In this document: positions 1-11,205 of the stretch, piece by piece
Numbering within the stretch: the stretch's first letter is position 1
Layout of the letters: every line of letters starts with the position of its first letter
Assembly (NCBI GenBank): GCA_963695855.1
Contig: CAVOHZ010000010.1
Coordinates: 1,088,001-1,152,000, forward strand
DNA length: 64,000 bases
Source: an uncultured Nitrososphaerales archaeon
Lineage (GTDB): Archaea > Thermoproteota > Nitrososphaeria > Nitrososphaerales > Nitrososphaeraceae
Direction of reading: 5' to 3'
Program-made: the position numbers and the translations under genes
The notes under the pieces: model-generated
Database searches by the model: none
What the model was told of the DNA's origin: nothing
The model's input: the letters and a program-made list of their open reading frames with translations, nothing else

Positions 1-140
1 AGAAATCAAATAAAATTCTATGAATACACGTGGATAGTTTGAATGATAAGTTCATAGTAGTCATCATGTTAAACCAATACCTCAATAAATTCATGGTTTT
101 ACCTGACAATGAATATTATTTCCTAGAATCAGATAATGAT

Positions 141-200
141 TGGATGGATGAATGAATGAATGTATGTATGTAGGTATGGATGGATGGATGGATGGATGGA
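141..200. repeat. Compound tetranucleotide microsatellite (ATGG/ATGA/ATGT)n
   Basis: Run of tggatggatgaatgaatgaatgtatgtatgtaggtatggatggatggatgg. Confidence 0.8.
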
Positions 201-364
201 TATATTTACCGGGTCCATTCACAATTTGGAGATATTAAAAAAAGATGAACTTGAAAAATTATATTTTAAAACATGAAAAATAGCATATTTGTGAAAAAAA
301 GGCAATCCCCTATATAAAGCTCTTAAAAATCTTATAATACAGCTATAATATCTATAGCAAGTAC

Positions 365-700
365 ATGAGGCGGGGGAGAAACCAGTCAGCTGTAATAATA
401 CTATCAACATTCCCAAATAAGGAATCAATAATCCAAAATGTAAACGAGGTAATTATCGAAAAAAAATTATGTGCATGTATAAGTCTCGTACCTGTTAGGT
501 CATTCTATTCATGGAGCAACAAACTTGAAGATCATGAGGAGATCATGGTATTGTTCAAGACTACCAAATCCCTAGCCACCAAATTGAAATTGGAAATTGC
601 TAGGATCCATCCATATGACGTTCCTGAAATCATTGAAATGAAGATGAACGACGTTGCTAAATCATATCTAAAATGGATGATAGAATCGATAAAGAGCTAA
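365..700 (+). CDS. cutA: Divalent-cation tolerance protein CutA
   Basis: 111 aa; LCACISL..SFYSW..EDHEE..LFKT..HPYDVPEII..YLKWM pattern typical of CutA1. Confidence 0.93.
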   Translation: MRRGRNQSAVIILSTFPNKESIIQNVNEVIIEKKLCACISLVPVRSFYSWSNKLEDHEEIMVLFKTTKSLATKLKLEIARIHPYDVPEIIEMKMNDVAKSYLKWMIESIKS

Positions 701-828
701 ATTCGATATCTATCTTCTTGCTTCCAATCATCGATATTTGGTTTACATTTTACAGAACAAACAAAATTTATTTTCTTTTTTTGGTATAACGTTTTATACT
801 TTAGAACCAAAGTATTAACAAAAAAATC

Positions 829-1626
829 TTGAATTCCCACAGTTGTCATTTTGAAATAGGATCCAAAACAGACATTGGACTAGTTAGAGAGAAAAATGAA
901 GATTCTCTATTTGTGGATGAAGATTTAAAGCTTTTTGTTATTGCAGATGGAATGGGTGGACATAGTGCCGGAGAAATAGCGAGTAAAATTGCAATAGACG
1001 CAATTTCACAGTATACAGTTGAAAGACTTAACAGAGACCATGTACAAGAAAAAGACCTAAATAAACTACTTTTAGAGTCAATAAATCTTGCAAATTTCAA
1101 GATATTGAAAGAGAGTGCTGATAATCCCTATTTGAATGGAATGGGAACCACAGCTGTTTTTGCGATAACATCAGAACAAGGCAACATCCATCTAGTAAAT
1201 CTTGGGGATAGCAGAGCATATCTTATTGATGATAGGGTTGGAAAGATTTCCAAATTAACTACAGATCACACACTAGTTGAAGATCATTTCAGAAGAGGTT
1301 TATTATCTAAAGAGGAGACAATAAAACATCCCATGCGTCATATACTGACCCAATCTCTAGGATTAAATGAAGAGATTGTTCCTTTCCTAACCCACCTTAA
1401 ATTTCCCGTAGGGAACTATCTTTTATTATGTTCTGATGGATTAAATGAGATGATGACAGATAAAGAAATTTTAAATGTCGTCACAGATCCTAAAATTAAA
1501 AGTTGTCAAGAAAAATGCAAAAAACTGGTAGAAATTTCAAATGAGAAAGGTGGAGTAGACAATATTTCAATAATATTAGTGAAAAATCTTGGACCTGATT
1601 CGACCGATAGTGGAATTGTTGTTTGA
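829..1626 (+). CDS. PP2C/PPM-family Ser/Thr protein phosphatase (Stp1/PrpC-like)
   Basis: Motifs GLVREKNED, ADGMGGH, MGTT, NLGDSRAY, DH, LCSDGL, GGVDNIS. Confidence 0.95.
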   Translation: MNSHSCHFEIGSKTDIGLVREKNEDSLFVDEDLKLFVIADGMGGHSAGEIASKIAIDAISQYTVERLNRDHVQEKDLNKLLLESINLANFKILKESADNPYLNGMGTTAVFAITSEQGNIHLVNLGDSRAYLIDDRVGKISKLTTDHTLVEDHFRRGLLSKEETIKHPMRHILTQSLGLNEEIVPFLTHLKFPVGNYLLLCSDGLNEMMTDKEILNVVTDPKIKSCQEKCKKLVEISNEKGGVDNISIILVKNLGPDSTDSGIVV

Positions 1627-1794
1627 TCCCTTCTTTTACAATCCATCTTATCTAATGTCAAATAAGTAACAAAAAATAAAATTTTTCTAGTAAAGTAAAA
1701 TACAAGAAGAGGAGATAAAAAGATGAAAAAAATAAAAATAAAAATCAATTCCATTAAATAAATCATTTTGTCTACATCTTTCTTTTTTCTTGAA

Positions 1795-2868
1795 TCAGCG
1801 GATCTGGTAACGAAGGATGGCTACAATACCCCCAAGAGCAGAAACACGCAATCCTATATCAGTGGTTGAATCAACAGCGTAAACTTTTGCACCCAGTGAT
1901 TCAGCACTGTTTAAAAGATTTATTATATCATCTTCTTTTGAATCCTTAAAGACGGAGTTGGAAAAAACAAGAGATTCCACAGATCTTAATTTCACTGCTT
2001 CGGAAATTTCTTTGAAACCCATAGCATATTTTTGCTCTCCTTTATTAACCTGAATCATAATTTGATCTATGATATTAGATACAATTGAAATCTTACTGGA
2101 GCTCATCACTTCCTTTATTGTGGGCGATCTGATAAATACAAGAATTCCATCTTCACCAGCAACATCAACACCATCAATTACCGAGGAAATATCTTTATAG
2201 TTAGATTTTTTACTATGTATATAGTTCAGAAATTTTCTTTTCGTTTCTCCTGGACCAAATATTATTATTTTAAATTTTCCCTCTTCGTAGATTAGATTTG
2301 CAAAAGCATTTGCTATTTCATCAAAGAAAATTTCTATATTGGGATTATTTCTGGCAGTCTGCGAATAATATTTCCCACTCTGGCCTGAATATATATTTGG
2401 AATTATTTGTAGATGAGTGCCTGTAATCTTTGCTATTCCGGCTTCTTTTGTATCAATTGCAACTAGGATGAATGTACCAGCAACATCTGACTTTAGTAAA
2501 TTTAGATCTAGTTGATCCCATTTCTTATTTTTTTCAATTACGAGTGAATTTCCTATCTGGACTAGTACAGAATGATATGTTCCCTTGGCAACTAGACTAT
2601 TGTTTGATTCTGTAATAATACCAGATATACGCAGTCTGTCAATAGTTTCATCCAGATTGATTTTTTCAACTCTTATAGATACACGGATTTTAACTCTCTC
2701 CCTATCTGGTCTAGAAAATTCTTTATCAAATTTTATAACTCTAGTAGTATCCGAGATGACAGTATCCCCGAGTTTAACCACGCGTCTTAAAGCAAAGAGG
2801 TCGTCAGAATCCTCTGGAATCACCAGTATTGCCTTACCTGAAGAACCTTTTACTTCTTTACTGATCAT
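1795..2868 (-). CDS. pelA: mRNA surveillance protein pelota
   Basis: PEDSDDLFALRRVV..GD, LRISG, GTYHS, GPGETK, C-terminal LGGIVAILRY (eRF1-like domains 1-3). Confidence 0.93.
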   Translation of the reverse strand: MISKEVKGSSGKAILVIPEDSDDLFALRRVVKLGDTVISDTTRVIKFDKEFSRPDRERVKIRVSIRVEKINLDETIDRLRISGIITESNNSLVAKGTYHSVLVQIGNSLVIEKNKKWDQLDLNLLKSDVAGTFILVAIDTKEAGIAKITGTHLQIIPNIYSGQSGKYYSQTARNNPNIEIFFDEIANAFANLIYEEGKFKIIIFGPGETKRKFLNYIHSKKSNYKDISSVIDGVDVAGEDGILVFIRSPTIKEVMSSSKISIVSNIIDQIMIQVNKGEQKYAMGFKEISEAVKLRSVESLVFSNSVFKDSKEDDIINLLNSAESLGAKVYAVDSTTDIGLRVSALGGIVAILRYQIR

Positions 2869-2942
2869 AGTGCTTTAAAAAAAGGGCGATAATATCATTT
2901 GTTACCTGTCATTTCACTTGATAATAATACAATAACAACAGA

Positions 2943-3536
<594 letters not shown>

Positions 3537-3689
3537 GTTTATGAAAAAAAAAATTCATTTTCTTAATAAAATAAACTTGTATGAACAAGTATTTGAAATT
3601 TATAATGGTTTAAGATTCGTTACAAAGAATACTTTTTGTAAAGAATATCTATAAATAAAAAATAACGATATTCTCTTGGGAAATCCTAA

Positions 3690-4046
3690 CTATTTATAAA
3701 CGCTATTATATTCAGATTTCTTTATATCGATTGTGACTTTATCGCCAACCTTGATATTCATATCGTCATAATCTCTCATGCTTATCTTGAATGTAGGACT
3801 ATCACCAGCCATTCCTCCTACTCCTCCGACGTTACCAGATATCATTTTTGAAATATCACCCATTGCTTTTGGCAGATTTTTCATTAAGTCTTCCGGAGAA
3901 GTAAAAGCCATAACATTAGCTCCAAAAGGGTTAAGCTTCTTATCACTTCCTGGTTTGTAGTCGTTAGGATCTGAGAATGTTACATAAACATAAGGACTTC
4001 CATCTTGTGTGGCCTCTATTCTAGAGGTAATGAATTCTTTTTTCAT
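3690..4046 (-). CDS. Hypothetical protein
   Basis: 118 aa ORF with ATG start and upstream TATA-like TTTATATA; beta-rich C-terminus (KVGDKVTIDI). Confidence 0.75.
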   Translation of the reverse strand: MKKEFITSRIEATQDGSPYVYVTFSDPNDYKPGSDKKLNPFGANVMAFTSPEDLMKNLPKAMGDISKMISGNVGGVGGMAGDSPTFKISMRDYDDMNIKVGDKVTIDIKKSEYNSVYK

Positions 4047-4151
4047 TCTAACTATGTTATATAAAATTGACTTTATAATTTTTTAGATTTCTTTACGGAT
4101 CATAATATTTATTTTTTTAACAATATAGTATGCTTAAGTTTATCGTTAAAA

Positions 4152-5627
4152 TCAGATTGAATTTATCTCTTTTAAGAAGAGGCTAGTATCCAAATTGGAA
4201 AATGATGAGAGGTCGATATCTAACCCTGGAGACATCAAAGCTTTAAGATAGTTTCCGGCTGCTTTCTCCAGCCACCATTTTTCACCAAACTGGTTTACAA
4301 GTGCTAAATCTAATTCTTTGGCTCTGACTGCAGCAAAAAGATAACTTGGAACATACATTATTGCTTCAGGAAGAATATGGTGTAACATCCAATACTCGCC
4401 AGGAACTTTTATTCCTGTAAATCTCTTTACCAGATCTGAATATAACAAGTTGGATTCACTAACATTTAGATCTCTTTTCCAAAAATCTGCTTTCATAAGA
4501 GAATTTGCTGAATAAAAAGTTACAAAAAAGAGCTCCATGAAATTATTTCGTTGTTCTAGCTTATCCAATAACCTCGATTCCTTTATTCCAAGGTTATTTT
4601 GTAGAAATATCCGATTTTTTGTTAGGCGTTCCAAGAGAATAGAAAATATTTCTACCACGCCCATTGAGATAAAATATTTTTTCCAGTATTCTAGTTTTGG
4701 ATTGATAGAACTTGCATGCATCGCATGGCCAGATTCATGAAAACAGCCCTGGAGATCGAAATAGGGACTTTCACTTTTGTACAAAATTCTGATATCTTGT
4801 GGGATCTGAACAAAAAAACAGATAGGCGACGGGTATTTGTTTTTTCTGTCTTTGAAATCAAAGCTAATTTTGGTTAGATCAAATGATAGAATCTTAAAAA
4901 TTTTTTTCACTTCTTTTATTGGATCTATCTTGTGAAATACTTTCTGGAAATCATCATAAACCTTATTTCTAAAAAAATAGAAATCGTCATAGTATTGCGC
5001 ATTACTACCGAGAATTTCACTTGAAATGTCTTCAAGGGTTTTTTCAAAGGATTTTCTGGCTTTATTTCCCATATGCGTAACAAAATCTACAAGTTTTTCA
5101 TAGGAGATACGCTCATGATATAAATAGGAATTCAAGGGATCAAGTTCAATTGTTCTTACAGATTTATTCTGATCATTTATTTTAGAATACAGTTTCTTAA
5201 TTTTCTTAAACCTATCAAAGATTATAGGAGAGATATCCTTTGTTGCAATAATAAATTCGTCAAACACCTCTTTTCTTTTTCCAGAATCTTTTTCATGACT
5301 GTTGTATTGTCTCCAATTATTCCAGTTAATAGGTCTGCCATCTGGAAAAAAACGTTTTTTGGAAACAATTTTTTTTGTTCTTTGATCATGCAACTTTAAC
5401 TCAAGATCTCTAGTCGATGATTCTACAAAACTATCTGCTACCGAGACATAAAGTTCTACAGGTTCGTCGTATGAATCAAGAAATAATTTTGAATTCATAA
5501 ATCTGAGTTTTGAAAGAGAGAGAATATTCTTGTTAGAGTATGCTAATCCAGAATATTTTTTATAAATTTCATCTGTTTCTGCAACTATCAAGCTTTCGTC
5601 TACATTACTCCATTGCTGAATATTCAT
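4152..5627 (-). CDS. Gluzincin (M3/M32-like) zinc metallopeptidase
   Basis: HESGH (HExxH), downstream GVVEIFS third-ligand Glu, and late HH..YVPSY segment. Confidence 0.75.
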   Translation of the reverse strand: MNIQQWSNVDESLIVAETDEIYKKYSGLAYSNKNILSLSKLRFMNSKLFLDSYDEPVELYVSVADSFVESSTRDLELKLHDQRTKKIVSKKRFFPDGRPINWNNWRQYNSHEKDSGKRKEVFDEFIIATKDISPIIFDRFKKIKKLYSKINDQNKSVRTIELDPLNSYLYHERISYEKLVDFVTHMGNKARKSFEKTLEDISSEILGSNAQYYDDFYFFRNKVYDDFQKVFHKIDPIKEVKKIFKILSFDLTKISFDFKDRKNKYPSPICFFVQIPQDIRILYKSESPYFDLQGCFHESGHAMHASSINPKLEYWKKYFISMGVVEIFSILLERLTKNRIFLQNNLGIKESRLLDKLEQRNNFMELFFVTFYSANSLMKADFWKRDLNVSESNLLYSDLVKRFTGIKVPGEYWMLHHILPEAIMYVPSYLFAAVRAKELDLALVNQFGEKWWLEKAAGNYLKALMSPGLDIDLSSFSNLDTSLFLKEINSI

Positions 5628-5970
5628 TTAATATGAATCCAGATATACTATTCAAGATATTTATAAATATAATATTTGTAGATATGAACGGTGAATTAGA
5701 TGCCTAATAATTACCAACTCTAAGTGTGTGATTTATTCAAAATTACAGAATTTAATTATATAAATCATATAAGTATCCTTAATTATAATCGGACTATCGA
5801 TTAATTAAACAATCTCAATTTAGATGAAAAGATCTAAAATTAATTATTTTTTGTATATTTGTATAACTTGTTTAATCTTCGAAATGTTTACAAAAAATTA
5901 CTAGTTGGTTATGGAAAGATGACACTGTAGTTTAAGATCTGAAATAGTCTAATTCTATGGATAGGGAGTC

Positions 5971-6630
5971 ATGGATAACCAATTTGATAATAACTGGATC
6001 AAGAAAGACAAAAAGAATAATTCTTTTGATAGTTTGAAAGAAAGTCTAAAACCTCAACAACCATTGAAGCCTAAAATGGAGATAGCAAAAAATAAGATTC
6101 AAATGCAAAATAGGAAGCTTGACGCAATGCTAGATAGACTAAAGGCAAAGGAAAAAATGTATTTTGATCAAGTAGTTACCTCTTTACAGAAACACGATTC
6201 GCAACAGGGGAAGATGGTCTCTACGGAATTAGCTCAGGTTAGAAAAACCGCAAGAACAATGACTCAATTAAAACTAGCATTAGAACAAGTTCATATGAGA
6301 TTAGAATCCACGATAGATATGGGTGATTCGATGGCAGCATTAGGTCCTGCTATGGGAGCCCTTTCACAAATCAAATCTAAAATCAACCTTGTTTTACCTG
6401 ATGCAGACACTGAATTAAACGATATTAATAGTGCCTTTAATGATATATTGAATAATGCCAGTGGAATTGGGAACAACACATTTGATTGTAATAGTAATAA
6501 CGAAGATGTTGCAAAGATCTTGGCAGAAGCCAATTTTATCGCAGAACAAAGGACAAGCATGGACATACCAGATATTCCAGGGGACAGAATTCGTCAAAAA
6601 TCAAATTCATTCAAAGAATATCCTCAATAA
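5971..6630 (+). CDS. cdvB: ESCRT-III/Snf7-family cell division protein, CdvB paralogue
   Basis: Helical Snf7 core: ELAQVRK...KLALEQVHMRLESTIDMGD...LGPAM...ILAEA..IAEQR...PDIP. Confidence 0.88.
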   Translation: MDNQFDNNWIKKDKKNNSFDSLKESLKPQQPLKPKMEIAKNKIQMQNRKLDAMLDRLKAKEKMYFDQVVTSLQKHDSQQGKMVSTELAQVRKTARTMTQLKLALEQVHMRLESTIDMGDSMAALGPAMGALSQIKSKINLVLPDADTELNDINSAFNDILNNASGIGNNTFDCNSNNEDVAKILAEANFIAEQRTSMDIPDIPGDRIRQKSNSFKEYPQ

Positions 6631-6782
6631 TGTAAAAAGTGAAAACTTTAACTTTTAATTTTTTGAACCAATTTTTGAAAGAATATAAATGAGTTACAGG
6701 TTTTTTTGAAATTTGATTGAACTGGAATTGAAGTAAGAATTCCATTAAAAAGTAATTGAAAAACAGAAATCAAAACTAGACC

Positions 6783-8150
6783 TTAGTTAAATAAAAATGA
6801 AAATATCTTCTTGAAATCTATTGAGGATAAAGAAGGTACGTCAATTCCAAAAATAGATGGATTGGATTTATCAGTATTCTCAGTATTATTGAGAATCGCG
6901 TTGGTTGATTCAATATTGTTTGCAATCATAGAAGAATTAGTAGAAACTGAAGTAGCTGGTGCTAGTTCAGAGGGTTCAGAGTTTACTGCTGGTTCTGGTT
7001 CGGAGGGTTCAGAGTTTACTGCTGGTTCTGGTTCGGAGGGTTCAGAGTTTACTGCTGGTTCTGGTTCAGAGTTTACTGCTGGTTCTGGTTCAGAGTTTAC
7101 TGCTGGTTCTGGTTCGGAGGGTTCAGAGTTTACTGCTGGTTCTGGTTCAGAGTTTACTGCTGGTTCTGGTTCGGAGGGTTCAGAGTTTACTGCTGGTTCT
7201 GGTTCAGAGTTTACTGCTGGTTCTGGTTCGGAAGGTTCAGAGCTTGCTGAGTTCACTGCTGGTTCTGGTTCAGAGTTTACAGCTAGTTCTGGTTCGGAAG
7301 GTTCAGAGCTTGCTGAGTTCACTGCTGGTTCTGGTTCAGAGTTTACAGCTAGTTCTGGTTCGGAAGGTTCAGAGCTTGCTGAGTTCACTGCTGGTTCTGG
7401 TTCAGAGTTTACAGCTAGTTCTGGTTCGGAAGGTTCAGAGCTTGCTGAGTTCACTGCTGGTTCTGGTTCAGAGTTTACAGCTAGTTCTGGTTTAGAGTTT
7501 AATAAAGAAATGAGATTATCAATATTAGTTGGTGGTGGACTTGCTCCAGGACTGGAAAAAGTATTTGGTGGTGGACTTGCTCCAGGACTGGAGTTTACTG
7601 CTGGTTCTGGTTCAGAGTTTACTGCTAGTTCTGTTTCAGAGTTTACTGCTAGTTCTGGTTCAGAGTTTAATAAAGAAATGAGATTATCAATATTAGTTGG
7701 TGGTGGACTTGCTCCAGGACTGGAAAAAGTATTTGGTGGTGGACTTGCTCCAGGACTGGAAAAAGTATTTGGTGGTGGACTTGCTCCAGGACTGGAAAAA
7801 GTATTTGGTGGTGGACTTGCTCCAGGACTGGAAAAAGTATTTGGTGCCAAAGAATTAGTTCCAGTCATAATGGTAGTATTGTTACTACTGTTGTTTAACC
7901 CCATTTTTACTTGGTTGATAGTATCTTGAATCACTTTATTCATGCTGTTGCCTATTAGATTCTGAATCTGTTTCTCTATATCACCTGGAATAGGATACGG
8001 AGATGGAGAAGGGGAAGAAGACGCACCAGTTTCTGATTGTCCATAGATTCCAACTGGCAGTATTATTAAAGATAGAAAAATAGATGAAAAAAGAAACAAA
8101 TCGAGATACATCCTAAATATTCTATTACATAAAATAACTTGCACAATCAA
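6783..8150 (-). CDS. Secreted low-complexity Ser/Pro/Glu-rich repeat protein
   Basis: N-terminal hydrophobic signal/TM segment; NTFSSPGASPPP and SEPEPAVN repeat arrays; the true start may be the downstream Met (MYLDL). Confidence 0.75.
   Translation of the reverse strand: MIVQVILCNRIFRMYLDLFLFSSIFLSLIILPVGIYGQSETGASSSPSPSPYPIPGDIEKQIQNLIGNSMNKVIQDTINQVKMGLNNSSNNTTIMTGTNSLAPNTFSSPGASPPPNTFSSPGASPPPNTFSSPGASPPPNTFSSPGASPPPTNIDNLISLLNSEPELAVNSETELAVNSEPEPAVNSSPGASPPPNTFSSPGASPPPTNIDNLISLLNSKPELAVNSEPEPAVNSASSEPSEPELAVNSEPEPAVNSASSEPSEPELAVNSEPEPAVNSASSEPSEPELAVNSEPEPAVNSASSEPSEPEPAVNSEPEPAVNSEPSEPEPAVNSEPEPAVNSEPSEPEPAVNSEPEPAVNSEPEPAVNSEPSEPEPAVNSEPSEPEPAVNSEPSELAPATSVSTNSSMIANNIESTNAILNNTENTDKSNPSIFGIDVPSLSSIDFKKIFSFLFN
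6965..7846. repeat. Nested coding tandem repeats (24-, 33-, 36- and 66-bp units plus a 168-bp-offset block duplication)
   Basis: cttgctgagttc recurs every 66 bp (7243, 7309, 7375, 7441); 36-bp ggtggtggacttgctccaggactggaaaaagtattt units; aataaagaaatgagattatcaatattag at 7501 and 7669. Confidence 0.92.
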
Positions 8151-8351
8151 AATTTACTGATATTGTATTAAAGAACAATGTTCAAATCTTGATGTAATAT
8201 TGTTAAAATATTTTGCTTTTAGACTTTATAAAAAAATATCATAAATTTTACACGGTTGAATTTCAGATTTTAAACATAACTATGCAAATTAAATAAATAA
8301 AAAATATAATATACAGATTTAAGATGTTTTGTATATCTTCCAAACAAGGAA

Positions 8352-9029
8352 ATGACGAAAATATCTGTAGGTAAAATTTTGAAAAAAATGGAAAGAATAC
8401 TGGCAAATAGCAATAAGTTGACACGACCTACCGCATTAAAGGAACTACAAATGGAAGAGAAAAATGATCCTTTCAAGATATTAATAGGCACTATCTTATC
8501 AGCCCGTTCTAGAGACGAAAATACATCAAAGGTAGCTCATAAATTATTTTTGAAATACAAAGATGCAAAAGAATTGGCAGATGCAGATATTGATGAATTA
8601 AAATCTATAATCCATAGCATTGGTTTTTACAATACAAAGGCCTTGAGGATTAAACAAGTATCGCAGATAATAGTTGAAAAGTATGATGGAAGAGTGCCAA
8701 ACAGGATAAATGATCTTTTGGAATTACCTGGTGTTGGACGAAAGACTGCTAACTGTGTTCTAGTTTATGCCTTTAATGAACCTGCCATACCTGTTGATAT
8801 CCATGTCCATAGAATTTCAAATCGTATAGGACTGGTAAACACTAAAAATCCCAAAGATACTGAATCAGAACTCTGCAAAATAGTCGATAAAAAACACTGG
8901 TTGGTACTGAACAATACTTTTGTAATGTATGGTCAAAATATTTGCCTCCCCATAAAACCCAGATGTAGGATTTGTGGTTTAACTAATATTTGCAAGTATT
9001 ATATGTCCAATTTTAAAGAAAACAACTGA
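8352..9029 (+). CDS. nth: Endonuclease III (HhH-GPD glycosylase, 4Fe-4S)
   Basis: LLELPGVGRKTAN HhH motif, PVDIHVHR, C-x6-C-x2-C-x5-C cluster. Confidence 0.96.
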   Translation: MTKISVGKILKKMERILANSNKLTRPTALKELQMEEKNDPFKILIGTILSARSRDENTSKVAHKLFLKYKDAKELADADIDELKSIIHSIGFYNTKALRIKQVSQIIVEKYDGRVPNRINDLLELPGVGRKTANCVLVYAFNEPAIPVDIHVHRISNRIGLVNTKNPKDTESELCKIVDKKHWLVLNNTFVMYGQNICLPIKPRCRICGLTNICKYYMSNFKENN

Positions 9030-9053
9030 AAGGAATTAGCTATTTATCCATTA

Positions 9054-9914
9054 TTATTGTATGGTATCTTCCGTCTCTTTATCCCGTTTCTTGAATTTTA
9101 ACAAGAAAAGCATCACTCCCCCTACAAGAACTAGCATTATTATTGGCAAGAAATACAATGGAGAATCACGTGGATCACCATATAAAAGATTGAATGAAAT
9201 AAGTCCATCTACACTGTTTACAGGAGAATTGATATCATCTTTTCCATACACAGCTATTGAACCTAAATTAAATCCATCAAGCGAGAGTTTATCTATTACT
9301 ATTCTTTTGCCGTTAGTTACTGTCAATCCCTGATTATTTGCATGCCCAATTGTAATTGGTTGTTCAGTTGACCAGCCATCTGTATCCCTCTCGTGGACTC
9401 GAATGTATCCCGATTCGTTTGTATTAACGGCCACCCAGAATTTGCTATTTTTCTCGAATAAAGCTAACTCTATGAACTTTTCACTTGGGTTTGGTTCCAT
9501 CAATTTTATTATTGTTTTTGCCTCACTAGAATTGGAATAAGTCATATTATTTTCTATATAAAGGATCCAATTGATACCTTTTGGAGGATTGTACGTATAG
9601 ATAAGTGGGTTCTTTCTATCAGTGTTAGAAGCATCATATGGTAGGACAAATCTTTCACTATGTTTAGTTTTTAGAACATCAATATCTCCTATATTAGAAT
9701 GGTATATCGATTTAGATTGGTTTTGAGCATATACAGAAGTAGTAGAAAAAAATACCATCAAGAGAACAGACGTGATTAAATAAAGTTTTAGCAAATGTAG
9801 ATTTCTATTATATTTAAAATCAGCTCCAATAAAATGCATTTGATCTAATTTTCTTTCTTTCAATATGACGATACTGGCTTTTTTAAACTGAAAATGAAAC
9901 CAATATTTCAGCAA
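9054..9914 (-). CDS. Hypothetical secreted, C-terminally membrane-anchored protein
   Basis: Signal-like segment ending VYAQ; C-terminal TM followed by KFKKR; the real start is probably downstream. Confidence 0.7.
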   Translation of the reverse strand: MLKYWFHFQFKKASIVILKERKLDQMHFIGADFKYNRNLHLLKLYLITSVLLMVFFSTTSVYAQNQSKSIYHSNIGDIDVLKTKHSERFVLPYDASNTDRKNPLIYTYNPPKGINWILYIENNMTYSNSSEAKTIIKLMEPNPSEKFIELALFEKNSKFWVAVNTNESGYIRVHERDTDGWSTEQPITIGHANNQGLTVTNGKRIVIDKLSLDGFNLGSIAVYGKDDINSPVNSVDGLISFNLLYGDPRDSPLYFLPIIMLVLVGGVMLFLLKFKKRDKETEDTIQ

Positions 9915-9967
9915 ATTTATTTGATTTGTATTGAAAATATTTGTGAAGCAATTCCTTTCAATCTAAT

Positions 9968-11134
9968 CTATTTCACAAATGGATCGGAAAATTTCGTAAT
10001 AACCTCTGCAATCTCTGGACGTAGCAAATGTTTTCCTGGGAGATCTCCATCTGTAACCATCTTTCTCATTCTCGTACCGCTAAGCTCTTCTTTAAATTCA
10101 GGTCCGTGTGGACAGTTCCTTTCATTTGCATATCCCAAACACTTTTTACAATAGTAAAACGTAGGAAAGAAAATAGGTTGGATACCAATATCAGGAAATT
10201 CTTTGAATATTTCATGAGCAGCAAAAGGATGGTAATAATCCCCAACACCGGCATGATCTCGTCCCACAATAAAATGAGAACAACCAAAATTTTTTCTCAT
10301 AATTGCATGATGTATTGCCTCCTTCGGTCCAGCATATCTCATTTCGGTATGAAGAGTAACAAACATCACTTTATTTTGTGGGTAATAATTATCAATTAAT
10401 TTCATGTACGATTCAAATATGACTTCATCTCGAAAATCGCCTATTTTCTTTTTTCCTATTAGAGGATTTATAAACAGTCCATCGTATATATTGAGGGCTG
10501 CTTTTTGTAACATTTCATGAGCTATATGTGGAATATTTCGTGTCTGAAAACCGACTACACTATTCCATCCACGTTTTTTAATCTCTGCCCTAGTCACAGA
10601 TGGCTCTAATCTATAATTTCTCAATTTTGAATCCAAATTTTTTTTATTTACTTCAATCTTTCCTGATACTAAAAAATCTTTTAATTTAAAAGTTTTAGAT
10701 ACACCCGGATGTTTATCATCATCTGTTTGGTAAAGAGACCTTGCCATTTGTAATTTATTGTATCCATAATATTCATCAAAATATAGTATTGCAAAATGTT
10801 CACTATTATTTCTTAACGAGATTTCCTTGTGTTCTTTGAGCTGTACTGCAGTGTCCTTACTTACATCAAGTATTATCGGTATCGTCCATGGTAATCCATT
10901 TTTTAGTCTCCCAGATGTTAAAATACTCTCAAAATCATCTTTTCCGACAAAACCATCCAATGGACTGAAAATACCATCAGCAATATTCTCTATATCATTC
11001 CTCAGATCGTCATCAACATCTATGTGATACATATCATCAGTCAACTTTTTAGACTCAAATTGATTTACCAGTTTGCCCCCGTGTGGATTGGGAATTCTAT
11101 CTATAACATCGTAGCATTTTGATATTTCTTTCAT
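9968..11134 (-). CDS. sat: Sulfate adenylyltransferase (ATP sulfurylase)
   Basis: PHGGKL, FQTRNIPHIAHE, MRYAGPKEAIHHA, GRDHAG, SGTRMR. Confidence 0.97.
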   Translation of the reverse strand: MKEISKCYDVIDRIPNPHGGKLVNQFESKKLTDDMYHIDVDDDLRNDIENIADGIFSPLDGFVGKDDFESILTSGRLKNGLPWTIPIILDVSKDTAVQLKEHKEISLRNNSEHFAILYFDEYYGYNKLQMARSLYQTDDDKHPGVSKTFKLKDFLVSGKIEVNKKNLDSKLRNYRLEPSVTRAEIKKRGWNSVVGFQTRNIPHIAHEMLQKAALNIYDGLFINPLIGKKKIGDFRDEVIFESYMKLIDNYYPQNKVMFVTLHTEMRYAGPKEAIHHAIMRKNFGCSHFIVGRDHAGVGDYYHPFAAHEIFKEFPDIGIQPIFFPTFYYCKKCLGYANERNCPHGPEFKEELSGTRMRKMVTDGDLPGKHLLRPEIAEVITKFSDPFVK

Positions 11135-11205
11135 TTTTTTGTCTCTACCTGATTAAACCCATTTTAATATCATCTTTGATGCACATATAATCATAATATC
11201 GGATC

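Noticed and set aside
6965-7846. Possible CRISPR array
   Set aside because: Contiguous codon-multiple repeats without variable spacers
6811-7929. Long + strand ORFs (372 aa and 178 aa) over the repeat gene
   Set aside because: They are shadows of stop-free tandem repeats; the - strand frame has the signal peptide and unique termini
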